Shown in pieces: positions 15,950-29,269 of a stretch of DNA of 64,000 bases. The stretch lies in assembly GCF_009914755.1 (NCBI RefSeq), contig NC_060938.1. One strand, written 5' to 3'. Below the pieces are notes generated by a model, which had not been told where the DNA came from, made no database searches, and saw nothing but the letters and a program-made list of their open reading frames with translations. Both the position numbers and the translations under genes were made by a program. Origin of the DNA: the human T2T-CHM13v2.0 reference genome, Homo sapiens. The first letter of the stretch is position 1. Each line of letters begins with the position of its first letter.

Positions 15950-16600
15950 CTGATGACTGAATAGACGTAACTTAAAAGCAAATGAATGATGCTGGACAAA
16001 GTTTTAAGACAAATAGTGTAACATGTGGTTTAAAAAGTTAGAGAGAAGACAATTGATGTATAGTACAAAAAAGGAGATTTAACAAAAGTTTTCTTGGTAT
16101 TTCTGAAAAGGAGAATTCAACACTTTTCTGAAGATGAATTCCACTTTAAAATAGAAAATAACTTTCCTATCTTCAGCAGCACAGAGGTAACAGATAACAA
16201 AATGCTTTTAATATTGCTGGAAAGTACTGATTCAGTATAATCAACATTGAGATATATCCTAGTTGTGTAGTCTAGTTTCAAAAATAAAAAATGTTCAAGT
16301 ATCCAGGCAGAGAAATGCAAGACAATAAAAACATTAAAATTATCTGAAACTTCTCCATAGCCACAGTAATTGTCTAAAGGCAATTGAGCAATGTCTACAA
16401 ATTACTGAGGAAAATAATGATTCAAGTGTACTGTATCATACCAAGGTGTCAATAAAGTATAAAGATAAAAAGCACTTATATTTAAATATAAAACTATGAA
16501 GTAATATAGACCCCAAAGATTAATCAATGAAAAAAAATCCAGTCAAACCAGAAACTCCAGTAACAGGACTTGTGATCACAAGAATACTAAGAACTACTTA
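15950..16600 (+). mobile_element. HAL1 / ancient L1 ORF1-like fragment
   Basis: aacttctccatagccaca...aaggcaattgagcaatgtctacaaattactgaggaaaa motif. Confidence 0.55.
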
Positions 16601-16799
16601 CTAATTTGAGGTAATTAAAATGATAATATGGAGGGTTTTTGCACTGAGGACTATTCAAGGCTTCCTAAATTATTGAGCATATAACTAAAACTGAAAAATT
16701 AAATGCTTAAAAGTGGGAGATAGCAGTGAATGGATTTCTAATCCTTTCATTGTTTGCATTTGGCTCTGCAAGTATTTCCCTGTGTTTTCTTGCAGACTT

Positions 16800-18198
16800 T
16801 AAATTAAAAAATACATGCCCAAACAATTCAACTAGAAAATAGGCAAAAGACAAGAATAGACGTTTCAGCAGAGAGGAATTATGAATGACAAGTAATCACA
16901 TGCAAAGATGTTCACCACCATGTGAAAGTTAAAGTCATGTACTATGAGATCTCACCATCAGAATGGCCAAAATGAAAAAAAACAGTAGTGATAACACCAA
17001 ATGCTGGTGAGGATGTGAAGAACCTAGATCATTCATTTTAATAAGGAGTTTGACTTCATTTTTCTGATGTTTCTGCTGACAGCTTTTAAGGCTTACCCTC
17101 CCTTTTTCCCCCTACCATAGGTCTGGTCAAGTTGATAAAGCCTAAGTATTTCTATCTTTGGCACTGAATATGCAAGGGAAACCTCAACCCAGATCCATCC
17201 CCTAACCACAATTTAAAAAAAGAATCCTGGGCCAGACTCTCTTTTTTATTTTCTCAAGCCATTTGAGAACTGTTAAAGAAGTCTGCCATACTCTTTCCAG
17301 AGACTGCAATTATGTAAGTAATAAACATTTGCATATTATTTTGATGCGTGTGTACAGCATCATCAGTCTCAACCTCCAAGCAAAATTTGGGGTGGAGTTC
17401 CTGCCTGCCTTTACAGGATGACCAACATAATACACATTCCTGTTGGGAGTGTAAAATGGTACAGCCAAACTGGAAAACAGTTTGGCCATTTCTTTTTAAA
17501 CTAGAAAGAGACTTACCAAATGGCCTAATTGCACTCTTGTGCATTTATTCCAGACACTGAAACATTTATTTTCACATACAAACTTGTACACTAATAGGCA
17601 TAGCAGATTTGTTCATAAAAGCAAAAAGGCATACTACCAAAATGATCTTCCATGGTTAGGGTTAAACAAACCATGGTATATCAGTACCATGGAATTCCAC
17701 TCATTAATAAAAAAAAAAGTGTGTACATGCAACAACAGGTGAACCGGAAGAAAATTATACTGCATAAAAAAGCCAATCTTACGTGTATACACACTGTATG
17801 ATTCTATTCATTTAACTAAGGAATGGGAAAACAATTATTGAATGTCAGAGGTTAAGGATAAGACAGGGTGGAGCTATAAAGGGGTAGCGTGCAGGAGCTT
17901 TGTGGGGTAGGCACAATTATGTGTTTTGATTGTGGTGATGGTTACACAAAGCTACACATATAATAAAACTGCACAAACTACACACATACATTTATACATT
18001 TATTTATAAGTGGTGAAATTTGAATAATCTCTGTGGATAGCATCCTTGCTAATTTCATGTTAATTTTTGTATTTTACTATAGTTACGTAAGTTGTTGACA
18101 TCGGAGGAAGCTAGATGAACATTACACAGCATTTCCCTATACATTTCTTTTTGCAATTTCCTCTGAATCCATATTTACTCCAAAGTAAGAAGTTAAAA
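16800..18198 (+). mobile_element. L1MD-type 3' end, interrupted by an LTR
   Basis: aaaataggcaaaagac...ggtgaggatgtg...tgtaaaatggtacagcc...gattgtggtgatggttacac...3' terminus. Confidence 0.75.
17040..17432 (+). mobile_element. ERVL solo LTR, MER74-like
   Basis: tgacttcatttttctgatgtttctgctgacagcttttaag motif; AATAAA at about 17320; the L1 resumes after it. Confidence 0.6.
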
Positions 18199-18994
18199 AT
18201 GTTTTGAAAGACATTTCAGAAGCAGAACGCAGACAGGAAGACTGCAGGATATACAAACAGTATCCCTGTAACTTTACTTTTTAGAAAGAGACAGAAAATT
18301 ACACCTATCTAAGTTAAAGGGTAAGTGTACAGTGCAAAGTCTAATTCTTTGTTTCTGAGAGTGGACGTAGGGTGCCCACACGGAAAGCTGGAATTCTTGA
18401 CATGGTCTGGTTTTGAAAAGCAGAGGGAACAGCCGAATCAGAAAGCCCACAATGAAATAATGTTTGCTCCCAACATCTAGTCTCTCCATGGAGTGGAAAT
18501 ACACTATGTACTGTCAATAATCCTATGGCCACATCAGCAAGTTAGAAATAAAAGGTAACAAAGTTCACAGGCAAAATTCTGGATCATCCCATTATCCTGA
18601 AACAAGACTCTGGCCTCTTCCTAACACGGAGCTTCTGCAAATAGCTCCTTTTGAAAAACAATAACAACAAAACAAAAACTTACCTTTTTCAAGGATGAGT
18701 AATCAGAAAACATCCAACTAGGATCTACAGAAAAGTTTAGAAAAATGAAAGAGAAAGCAAGAATAACAAATAACCAATGAAGAAATCTCACATGAAAAAT
18801 TATTAAACCCGTAAAAATTTTTGATATGTTGTTATAAATGTTGATGTTATGTTGATGACTCATGATTAACCATATTTTTCTATGCTTATAATTTTTCTCT
18901 AGCTAATTTGTTTTCATGATGGGCTGAAGTTAAATTTTCTTGTATACACTTATAGACAATCATTTTCACTCCTTAATACATTGTGATTTTTCTA

Positions 18995-19660
18995 GAAGTG
19001 TAGAATATGGGTTGTGGAGTCAGACTACCTGAAGTTAAATAAGTCCTGGCTTCACAGTTTTGTGCCTTAGGCATATTTCTTAATCTCCCACAGCATATAC
19101 TCATACTGCATATAAATATCCACTCCCCACTTTTTGCTGATTTTGATTTTGATTAAGGCAGCAATATACCCAGCTGAAAACTCTCCCAGCCTCCCTTGCA
19201 GGTAGAGGTGACCATGTAATGCGATTATTGCCAATGAGATCCAGACGGAAGTCACCTGAGTGATTTCCAGAAAATGTTGCTTTCTTGATAGAGGCTTTGC
19301 TTCTACCTCTTCTCGTTTATCTCCTCGTGCCTATAATGCTGGTCTTATGCCTGAGGGAAGAGAAAAGCCTTGCTATTATAAACACAAAACTGAATGCCAG
19401 GAATGGTGGAGGAGAAAGATAAAAGGAGGTTAGTTACCCTGCCTCAAGCAAAGGCATGAACCCCTGAACTGTGTACTTCCTGACCACTTGTTTGGTGAGA
19501 AAAAACAAGATTCGAAGGTGTTGCAGTGGTGTCACTGTTATGTGGAGCAAAATGCATTCTCATCAGTAAAGTGAGTACTACAAATTACATATTTCAGAGG
19601 TTTATTTTGAAAATCAAATGACTGTATTGTTTAAGTCACTATTATTTCTATTATTTGTTA
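18995..19660 (+). mobile_element. MIR split by an ancient LTR (pieces about 18995-19100 and 19563-19660)
   Basis: tggagtcagactacctg...ccttaggcatatttcttaatctc; cagtaaagtgag...cagagg...aaatcaaatga. Confidence 0.6.
19120..19560. mobile_element. Ancient ERVL/MaLR LTR (LTR33/LTR16-like)
   Basis: ctcccagcctcccttgcagg...ccatgt...gccaatgagat...ggaagtc motif. Confidence 0.55.
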
Positions 19661-20139
19661 CTAGCATCAAAAGCTTATTTTAACTATTACATGAGATTCG
19701 TTTTTGTCACTGTTTTGTCCTCTATATCTAGCCCCAAACATAGTAGGCATTAAATATATGGTTATGCAAGCCCATATTGCTTCAATGAATTAATAGGGCT
19801 TGCCCTGAAACACATCAAATCCCACTGATGAATTGTGTTTACAAAATGTTGACTTTTTCATATACCTTTTAGTAATATCTGATAAAAGCATGCACAATAT
19901 ATGAAGTTAATACCAATTTATTGAATTAAAGTTTTTATTCATATAGGCAACCTTCCTTTTTTAAGATTAATCTGGTTGGTTCTACAGGAACAAAAAAAAT
20001 CACATTTGTTTGGGACATTTACACCAAGGAAAATAAAATGAGATGGCTAAAGAAAATGCATCCCCAAAATGTGTCTGTTATTATAAAATACTGTCGAAAA
20101 TGAAAATATTTCATAGTATATTTGAAATATGGGTTTGAA

Positions 20140-20452
20140 CTCTGAATAAGGCTACTTTGCTCATTACTAAGAAATTATTTCCATTTTCATTGCACTTGAA
20201 AGCATGGGATATTTTGTACATGCTAATAATTACAGTGAATTAATAAGCATATGTCATCATATCCTATTAACTACTGATATTGTCACATTATGATTTTCTT
20301 TTGTCAATATTTCAAGAATTTCTTATTTAATTTGTTGGTTTTCTTTTGGTGGGTTTTTTCTACCAAGAGAATTATGAGACAACATGAGTGGTTATTCAAT
20401 TCATTACTTGAAATACTGTGGATATATAATTGACAATTAAAATTAAACTCTG
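20140..20452 (+). repeat. Left arm of a non-TE inverted duplication (partner 21285-21598)
   Basis: Manual alignment to the reverse complement of 21285-21598: about 313 bp, about 36 substitutions plus 1 indel (about 88%). Confidence 0.95.
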
Positions 20453-20516
20453 ATAGAGGCTCTGCTTCCAGCTCTTCTCATTTATCGCATCTTGCCTATA
20501 ACATTGGTCTTATGCC
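20451..20516 (+). repeat. 66-bp direct copy of 19286-19351
   Basis: tgatagaggct...ggtcttatgcc; 10 mismatches in 66 bp, no gaps. Confidence 0.9.
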
Positions 20517-21284
20517 AACATTACTTTTCTTTAACTTCCAATAGTCAAATGGATAATAACCACTTTGATTAAATATTTAAAACTAAATATATTTTCTGTT
20601 TTTTGTCTTCATTTTAGTTACAACAAAACTCTGATTAGAATTCATATAGTTCTGTTTATGTTTGATTTATCCAAAATATAAATAATGGAATGAAGTCTTT
20701 AAACAGACTACCCATATGTCAATTAGTTCTGTAAGCAATGAATATTTCATAGATATTTAAATAGTTTTACATTACTAAATTTATGTCTATCAAGCAGTGG
20801 TGATAGACTAATAAACAGAATGGCATCTTCTGTTTTTGAAGATAGTTACAGAGACTGAACAGCAAATTTTCTCATCTTGGCTACTTTTAATAGAAAAAAA
20901 AATGCCCTAGCTTGATGTAGGCAAACCTCTTATTCAGTGAAAGGAGAACAAAATAATCTTAAGTCTTGAAACAGAAAGTTCTGCACTGATGTGCCCACTT
21001 TCTGAACACATGATGTCTTGGACAGTGGTGAGATATGCCCAGGCAGGTGAAGGTGGGTACCCATCCTCATAATAAGCATGCATTACTGCACACACTGAGA
21101 TCCCTGCATGTTTCATGTTATGTTTTATCTTCAAGTTGAGTGTTTACATGAGGGTAACACTAGCAAAACATTTCATAATTAAAATGATGCTAATACAAAC
21201 TTGACATGATGCTTAGCTTCTAGGTTTGTCTTTTTCCTGTTTGACAAAGAAAGTGAAGATAATGTATCTGCATTTACTTATTAG

Positions 21285-21598
21285 CAGAGTGTAATTTCAA
21301 TAGTCAATTATATATCCACAATATTTTAAGTAATGAATTGAATAACTGCTCATGTTTTCTCATAATTCTTTTGGCAGCAAAAAATCCGCCAAAAGAAAAC
21401 CAACAAATTAAATGAGTAATTCTTGAAATATTGACAATAGCAAATTATAAAGTGACAATATCAATAGTTAACAGGATATGATGACATATATTTATTAACT
21501 CAGTGTACTTATTAACGTGTACAAAGTATCCCACGCTTTCAAGAGCAATGAAAATGGAAATAATTTGTTAGTAGTGAGCTAAGTACCCTTAGTCAGGG
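21285..21598 (-). repeat. Right arm of the inverted duplication (probable donor)
   Basis: Reverse complement aligns to 20140-20452. Confidence 0.95.
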
Positions 21599-21911
21599 AG
21601 ATGTTTAAGTAAAGAGAAATTGGTAGATAAATAGTTATATAATTTACATATCTACATTACTTATTTTGTAATCCAGGAGGTCATAAGGACAGTCTTAAAT
21701 AAATTACTTAGTATTTCCAGGGTCCGTATGATTGTTACCAATTCATAGACATTCTTTGTACCTTCTTACTTTTTCCTCTTGAGCTAACTCAAATTTATAA
21801 ATAAACGCTACAAACCAAATACCTGGAAAATGGAGAAAGAATAATTACATGATGATTAGTTTGAGGGGCATTAATTTTTAGTCTTAGTTGTGGTTGTGCT
21901 AATTACTCTTG

Positions 21912-22060
21912 TTTTATTATACTTTAAGTTTTAGGGTACATGTGCACAACGTGCAGGTTTGTTACATATGTATACATGTGCCACGATGGTGTGCTGCACC
22001 CATTAACTCGTCATTTAACATTAGGTATATCTCCTAATGCTATCCCTCCCCGCTCCCCCC
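21912..22060 (-). mobile_element. Young L1PA (PA2-PA4) 3' terminal 150 bp
   Basis: Near-perfect antisense 3'UTR end, truncated in the G-rich tract. Confidence 0.92.
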
Positions 22061-23169
22061 TTTACTGACCTCTCTGCTCTGCCATTCACCCCACCTTCCA
22101 TCGGTGTGCTGGAAAACACCATTTAGTGAATATTAAAGGTGCACTGATACTAACTTGTTTGTGTTTGTTTCTCTGGAAACATGCATTTTGTCATTTTCAC
22201 ATATAAATTGGAAAATAGTTGAAAGAAAAAAATATTTTTCTTTGAGAAAAGGCTGTGAAATGACAAAAGAATTATCAAAAAAACTACTTTTTATACACTC
22301 CCATAAAGTAATCAATTTGGACTATTTATTTTCATGTCAAATGTGTACAGTGATAGATTCTTATTTCCTCTACTCTTCATTCACTAGTACTAATTTAATT
22401 TTGGATCAACTAGTTAGGAACAGGAGGGAGCTGGTTAGGCAAATCTATGTAAATCCTGGAAGGCTATCTCCATCCATGCTATAGTATTGCATATCTGCTA
22501 ATTTTTCTTTCTCACTGCAGAAACTCATGTGGACATTTCCTCTCCATTTACTTCATACCCTAGAGCAGATGTTAAAGTGTTTTAAAGAATTAAAATTATT
22601 ATAAAAATTGTGGTTTGCTGTTTGTTATTTTGGCAAGGCAGGGAGGTGATGGTCTTAGTGATGCTCGGTGGCTCATTGAGTAAATCTCTTTTTGCTTGTA
22701 AATCCAGGGAAAATACTCAAAAAGAAAAAGAAAAGAAACATTCAAAGATCTGTGAGGACCTGGGCCTTATGTGTCAGAACATTAGCCCTTTGGTCTTTGT
22801 GTAGAATTTTAAAATGTTATAATTCTATTCACGTTCATATCATTTCTTAAGATGGCACTGACACTATGTTTTTGTAACACAGTCTCACTCATGATACAAA
22901 TGTTTTCAGTATCTCTTATGACAATAAAATATGATAATTTTAATTATCATAGTTATTATCAATAATACCTGTTGGTGACTTATTATTTGCTAAGCAATTT
23001 CCCCATATAACAGATATGGATATATAAATTTTGGCAAGAACTCTAAAAATCTACATATTTGTTTTCACAGTATGGTACCAGACTAGGGTAAAAATGTTAA
23101 AAAGTGCTCAAAAACCAATCTGATGACTCTTAATCCCTTCTTTCACATTGAGGCTATATATGTTTGGGG

Positions 23170-24247
23170 AAGTCATAATCACAAGAAAGATTTGTGAGTC
23201 AGAATTTTTAGAGTTGTTGTGCTGTTTTTCCTAGTAATAGGTTCCTCCAAGGTAGAAAGTAGAGTTTGCTTGGATCTCACCTCAAGCCTATGAGAAGGGC
23301 CTCAGCCTGCCTTTTGTTTCTTACTACTGGGGCACAGAGTAGCTTGCTATTTGACTCCTGCCTGGAAATTTAAAGTCAAGACACAGACTGACTTAATGCT
23401 AACGGACCCGGCTGGACACAGATGGCTGAACTGAGGATGGGCCTGCACTCTGGGGCTTGTCAGGGCAAATAATGCTGGAGTATTTCACAGAAAATACATG
23501 AGAATCACAAATGAGTCATGAATCATAAATAAACTGTCCATGCAGAGTCACTGTATATTCTGTACAAGGAATTTGGCTACAAAGCAGTTACCCTTCAGTC
23601 CTGAACGAGTCAGGAATAGCACCTTGGGAGTCAGGGAGAGGGTAAGTACAAAAGAAACATGGAGCCAATCATAGCCATTTTCCTACTCGGGACACCCACA
23701 CATAGCTGACTCAAGAAAGAGAGGAGAGATTTAACTTTAAATCCAGTTCAGAATGTTGATATTTTGGACTGAATATTCTAATATCTGAATCAATGTTGTA
23801 TTTTGTGAATGAAAGTGATACACGATTTATTATGTAAAGCCAAGGGTTCTCAACTTTAACTGCACATATGAATCACCTGGGGATACTTAATTATTTTTTA
23901 TTATTTTTGTGTGTATGTGGGCAGAGACTGTGCTTTACTCATCTCTCTATTCACAGGCTCTAAAGCATTAATAAAAAATACATAGAAGTTATCATTTAGT
24001 TGTTTTGTTGATAAGCCTGGGCATCAGTGTATTTTAGAGTTTCCCGTGTTATTCTATTTTATGGTCTATGCTGAGAACCACAAATTTTAAGAAACAGCAA
24101 ACTCATGGAACCTGTTGGAGATTTCATCTAGGGAAAGAGAAGAAATGGACCCCAATGAACAAATGTAAGATTTGGGTGTGAGAGAAAAATGCGGTGCTTT
24201 ATGACTTTGCTACAGGAGTTGTGCTTGTTCAGTGTTTTACCTACACA
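23170..24247 (+). mobile_element. Ancient Gypsy-like LTR (MamGypLTR1-like)
   Basis: 3' end gagttgtgcttgttcagtg...aca and ttaactttaaatccagtt motifs, recalled from the consensus. Confidence 0.4.
23841..24082 (+). mobile_element. MER5-family MITE with an internal insertion
   Basis: TIRs caagggttctcaac ... gctgagaaccaca; gaatcacctgggga. Confidence 0.65.
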
Positions 24248-25299
24248 TTTATTATCCTATTTTATTCTCACATTAACAACATAAAGAAGTGATTGATAAC
24301 CCCATTGAGTCCACATAGAGAGGAAACCTGTCTAGGTACAGGCCTGTTCTTTTTTTGCCCATGTAGCTTTGCTGCATGTCAGCATTGAAAGGAAACAAAT
24401 AGTATACGGATTCAAGGAAAAAAAAATTGAGAATAGATTTTAAAAATCTAGGAAATGTGAAGATTAAGCTTTTACTCTGCCTTCTTGCCAGAGATGTGAC
24501 ATCCTCTCTATAAACTTACCTTTTATCATGCCCCAGGTCAGGGTCTCTTTTATGTCTACCAGTTTTCAGCATCATAATTGCACCCTACCTTCTACCACTA
24601 TCACTCCCTTCTGAACATATGGCTTGGATCAGGGAAGTATCTGTGGGAATATAGCTAACATTTTATCATATCTTGTAAGAAAGCTGGATCAAAACATATA
24701 AAGCAGTTCAGGCTAACAGTTTACACCTGCTAACAGTTTACACCTGTGAAAACTTTAAAAATAATACAAATTCTGTCAATTTAAATTAATAGAAAAAGTT
24801 TACTATGGCCAATGATAACTGACTTTGTCTCTCATTTTTCACTTACTAAAATGATGCCACATTTTTTCAGATTTCTTGTATATGAGAATTATTATAATTA
24901 AATAAAAGCCAAACTTAAAATTAACTTATTAGATGCATAAGAGTAAAGACATTATTTGGATTAATTGTGTTTACCGTCTATTATTCAGAGCAACTGACTC
25001 ATTTGAAAGGATAAAATAATACCACGACATTATTGGAAGTGTTCTCTAATTAGAATTCAACTAAGCTTATTTTCTCTTTTTCAAATATTTTTTTGCAATG
25101 GAATATGGACCAGATGGATAATTCATGTCAGTATTGAAACATACTGTGTTTCTTAAATACAAACAGCAGTTCAAGCTTTCATGCCTTTTCCCTTGTTGTA
25201 AGTATTGGGAGACAGCTCTTACTAATGTTTTCATACTTCTGCACAGTCCAGGCTTTCTGAGCAAAGACCACTAAAAAACTTGGTTAATGGATGATTAAA

Positions 25300-25712
25300 T
25301 GGCAGACATGACTTAGAAGTTAGAGATAATGTATCCCTCCAAAAGATTAGAGATTTATCTTCCTCAGAGTGATTTGCTTACATTCCAGGTGGAGACCTTC
25401 CTCTTCCCTAAAAGGAAAGGATTTGTTTATATTCCATTTGAAAAGGTGTCTATCTCTCTTTCTTACTCCCTCCCTTTCAAGGGAAGAGGGGGCAAATGCA
25501 TCAGCCCTACAGAAGCTCTGAGTTTCGTTGTATTGGATCCCACATTTACTGATTCCTTTCCAGTGGTACAACCCCTCTGCACAATCATGTGGACACCTGG
25601 CCCTCGTCACATTGCCCTATGGAAAACTGGAGCATAGGAACTAGTGCTAAGGTACTCTGTGAGTTATAAACAGCAGTCATTACTCTGATCCAGAGATCTC
25701 ATATTTCCTGAC
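25300..25712 (+). mobile_element. Old ERVL LTR (MER54/MER70/MER76-like)
   Basis: gatttgcttacattccagg and ctctgatccagagatctc motifs. Confidence 0.4.
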
Positions 25713-28700
25713 AGAAAAGAAAAATACATACCCATATGCATGCACATATGCACATATCACATATATGTATATGTGTTTGTGTGTTAAGTATATGTAAATG
25801 TTCCCTCCTCTTGAAACATCCACTTCCCAACTCCTCATCCATCCTTTCTGCTTGGCAAATAACACTCATCATCTAGAATCTGTCAATTCCTCTTTCAATG
25901 AAACTATGCCTAAGAACTACAAGTTGGTCATCACTGATTATGTGTGTCTATAGTGCTTTGTGCATATTTCTTCAAACACTTATGACTCTGCCTTTTAATG
26001 TTTTGATAAGACTACATCTTCTCTTTTGAGTTAGAGTCTTAAAAGATACCAACCATGTTCCAGTCATTGTTTTATCCTAGCAGCTATCACGTTCCCCAGG
26101 ATATAATGTGATTAAGAGATAATTAATTAGTGAATGCTAAGAGGTTTTAGTGGATTCTGGGTCACAGGAAGATTATAATCTTTGTCATCTTTAGGTCACG
26201 AATCAATTTTTACAGGTATGAAATATTTAAATAAGTATAATGGACAGGCTAGTAAGTATATGCATAAAGGGAAGAAGGTAGAGGCAATCTGATTCATATG
26301 CATAGCTGATCTTACAGATTTACAAATTGGTTAGTTGATTTCAGGATGAAGATGTTAATTGGCTGTTTGTTAAAGAAGCAAAGATTCTCCTTACCTAATC
26401 TAACGACCCTTGTTTTCACTCTCAAACCACCCTCTGAGCTCATTATCTAAACTGTAATCCAGACACAACACTGATTCACTCTATAAATATTGGTAATGTC
26501 TATTTTTCCTTGGTAAACTGTCTTTAAATCATTCCTTGATAAAGCAGGCACTCACAATACGACTATTCTCTAATAGCAGAGGATTCTTAACATTTTACCA
26601 AAGTTTAAATAACAACAAAATATGAGGTAGTTTCCCATTTTCTGAAAGAATATATATATTTTTTCAAATACACACCCACTTTTAATGCATAGATACTATG
26701 TAGTATTTAAATATGTAGTTGTTTTTCCAAAGCACCACAAAGATTTTGGTTAAAAAGTAATTTGTAAACTTCACTGAAGCTATCTTGTTTTAGGACATGG
26801 TTCTCATTGGAACCATGAAATATAGAGTAATTTGATAAAGGAGGAGGCAAATAATCTCAAAATGCAGCATAAGATCAATGTCAAAGTAACTAATCCCATG
26901 GCTAGTTTTTCGTTGTTCCATATAATAATATGTTAAAGAAAAATATTAGGGGATATATAAAACTGATTTCTCTAAGAAGCAAGAAATAGATAGATACATT
27001 ATACATAAAAAAGTAATCTTCCTTTAAAATTCTGAAAATTTATTTTAAGAAGAATGTTGACCATAACACATAAGTAGTGTCACTAATAGTTATTCAAATT
27101 GTACAATGCCCTGGCCTCAATCCTTGGCATGCTGTCACAGATTGGGAACATAATAATCCTCACTTTTTTTCTACAAAGAAATAAAATTTTAAAAATCATA
27201 ATACATCTAAACATTATAAATATATAGAAAAGAAGAACTTTATATGTTATTTATCTTGTTTCTATTTATCCCTCCTAACATTGCCCCTTATCAAACTTCC
27301 ATATATAGGTCAACTGAAATCACTTCACCTATTCATACTTGTCACCTCATTCAACCAACGGATTAAATCACCTGTGACTACACTGCTTCCTCTAAAAAGG
27401 TGACACCAAATATCCTTATCTACTCCCAAATTTGTAAAAAGCATTCTCTTTATTTCCCTGAGTAGCTTTTCCCTTATTATTACACTAGCCACTTAGTTAA
27501 AATATAAAAACAAGTATCTTCTAGTTCTATTAATGACTCAAATTACTTTGTGACATTCCTTTCCCTAAAATCGCACACTTTCTTTTCCAGAATGTATGTG
27601 TGTGTGTGTGTGTGTATGTAAGATAAATGTGAGATACTGATGCACATATACATAAATGCATGCAAAACTGTGTATACATATATGTATGTAAAATGACAAG
27701 AATTAATATTTATTCCCAAATATAGTATTCTCAGTGATGATGAAGGAGATAATGATAGGTGGAAAGAAAAACAAAGAGAAAAGTTCAAATCCATTCTGGT
27801 CACTTTGATTAAATGTTTTACATTTTCACTCTGCATTAAAAAAGAAACACATGAGGTCAACCAATGACATTTAACAACACATCACTGCTCTAAAGTATAA
27901 TTCACTTTGCACCTTCATTTTCAAGTTATAATTTCCCTTCCTTTTCATTGTGAGCCCTTACAGAAGATGACATCTAATACATGCAGCACTCTGGCTATTG
28001 TGGAGATTCTTGCTATTACATATTACAGGTCCAAATATTCTGCATTTTATCTTCCATAACTTTCCTTCAGTGATAGAGCATTGTGAGAAAGTGAGCATAT
28101 GTTGGTATGTTTCAGGCGAATATACTGCAATTGTTCAAAGCTATTGTGTGTGGCAAGTAGGCTTGTACTAGATGAGTGACATTTCTCGCAGCAATTTGGA
28201 AAGAGTCAGTGGCTGTTAGAGAAAGAGCTTAGAGAGACCTTTCTGTCATGCAGGAATAGCGTAGCATTACCTTTTTCTTGCGACCCAGCTGGCTGGAGAA
28301 TAGCTAGCCGTGGTCAGAGATAGCTCCATTATCCAAATGGAAGCAATAGTGGGGCTGCTAATCTGCTTTTCTCAGCACACAGAAGGCCCTCTCATTTGCC
28401 TGTCTAATTCTCCCTCTTCCTCCCCAGGTTTATCAAAAAGAATTGCTGGTTATAATATACACACATTATCATGCTACTCTGGCCTATTCTCTAGGCAGTT
28501 ATAAATGCACACAGAGCCTCTCGTTATTGTGTGATCTATACAACAAACTAGAAAATACCTCTAAATTATGTGTAATTGACTTTTCAGAATATTCACTGCC
28601 CTATCACCTGGCATCTCTCAATTTGGATATTCTTTTCAGCAGGATATCTGTTTTGTTCTCTGACATCACTTTTTTTCTACCTTTCAAGAGAGGGCATTTC

Positions 28701-29269
28701 TTTTAAACTGTGATACATTGAATGAGTTATTTCTGCACTTCAACAATGTACTCCTTCTGTATTTAAATTTTAATTCAATAGTTGATTTACCTGAGAATTC
28801 AATGTTCATTAGAATGAAAGTTTAACTGTCCCAAAAGTAAGAGCTACCCCACCAACTCTTCTGTCTTCTTAGTTAAAATAAAACCTAGGAACTGAAAATT
28901 ACCTAGGTCCCTTAGCCTGAGTTACTGAGAGGATAAAAGTTCTGCAAAGAAAAATAAACTGTTTAAAGGGAGAGAAAATTTGAAAGGGGTAAAATGATTA
29001 TATTAATTTGACTTTTTCTAATTGATATGATGGTAACTCATGTATAACAGCAAAGATTCTGTGAGCAATGATGGAAGACCAGTTCTATGTTTCTGGGTTA
29101 AAACAGAAGATGTAGATTTGAGATATTATGAGAATTTTGAGAATTCAAATTTATGTGATAATCAAGCTGTTCAAATAACTCAGTTGTCCCAGAAAGACAG
29201 AGACATTGGGGGTGTTCACAATTAAATGAATGCAAAGCAAGGTAAGCCAGAAAAGGAAAAGAAAGGAGA

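Noticed and set aside
20104-20765. Short match aatatttcatag...atattt...aaata between about 20104 and 20742 as a third templated piece
   Set aside because: About 25 bp of very AT-rich sequence with gaps; chance is likely.
20140-21598. Inverted arms as long TIRs of a foldback or Mutator-like transposon
   Set aside because: I see no flanking TSD, and the left arm is fused to a copy of nearby LTR sequence, which fits template switching better. Not formally excluded without a genome-wide search.
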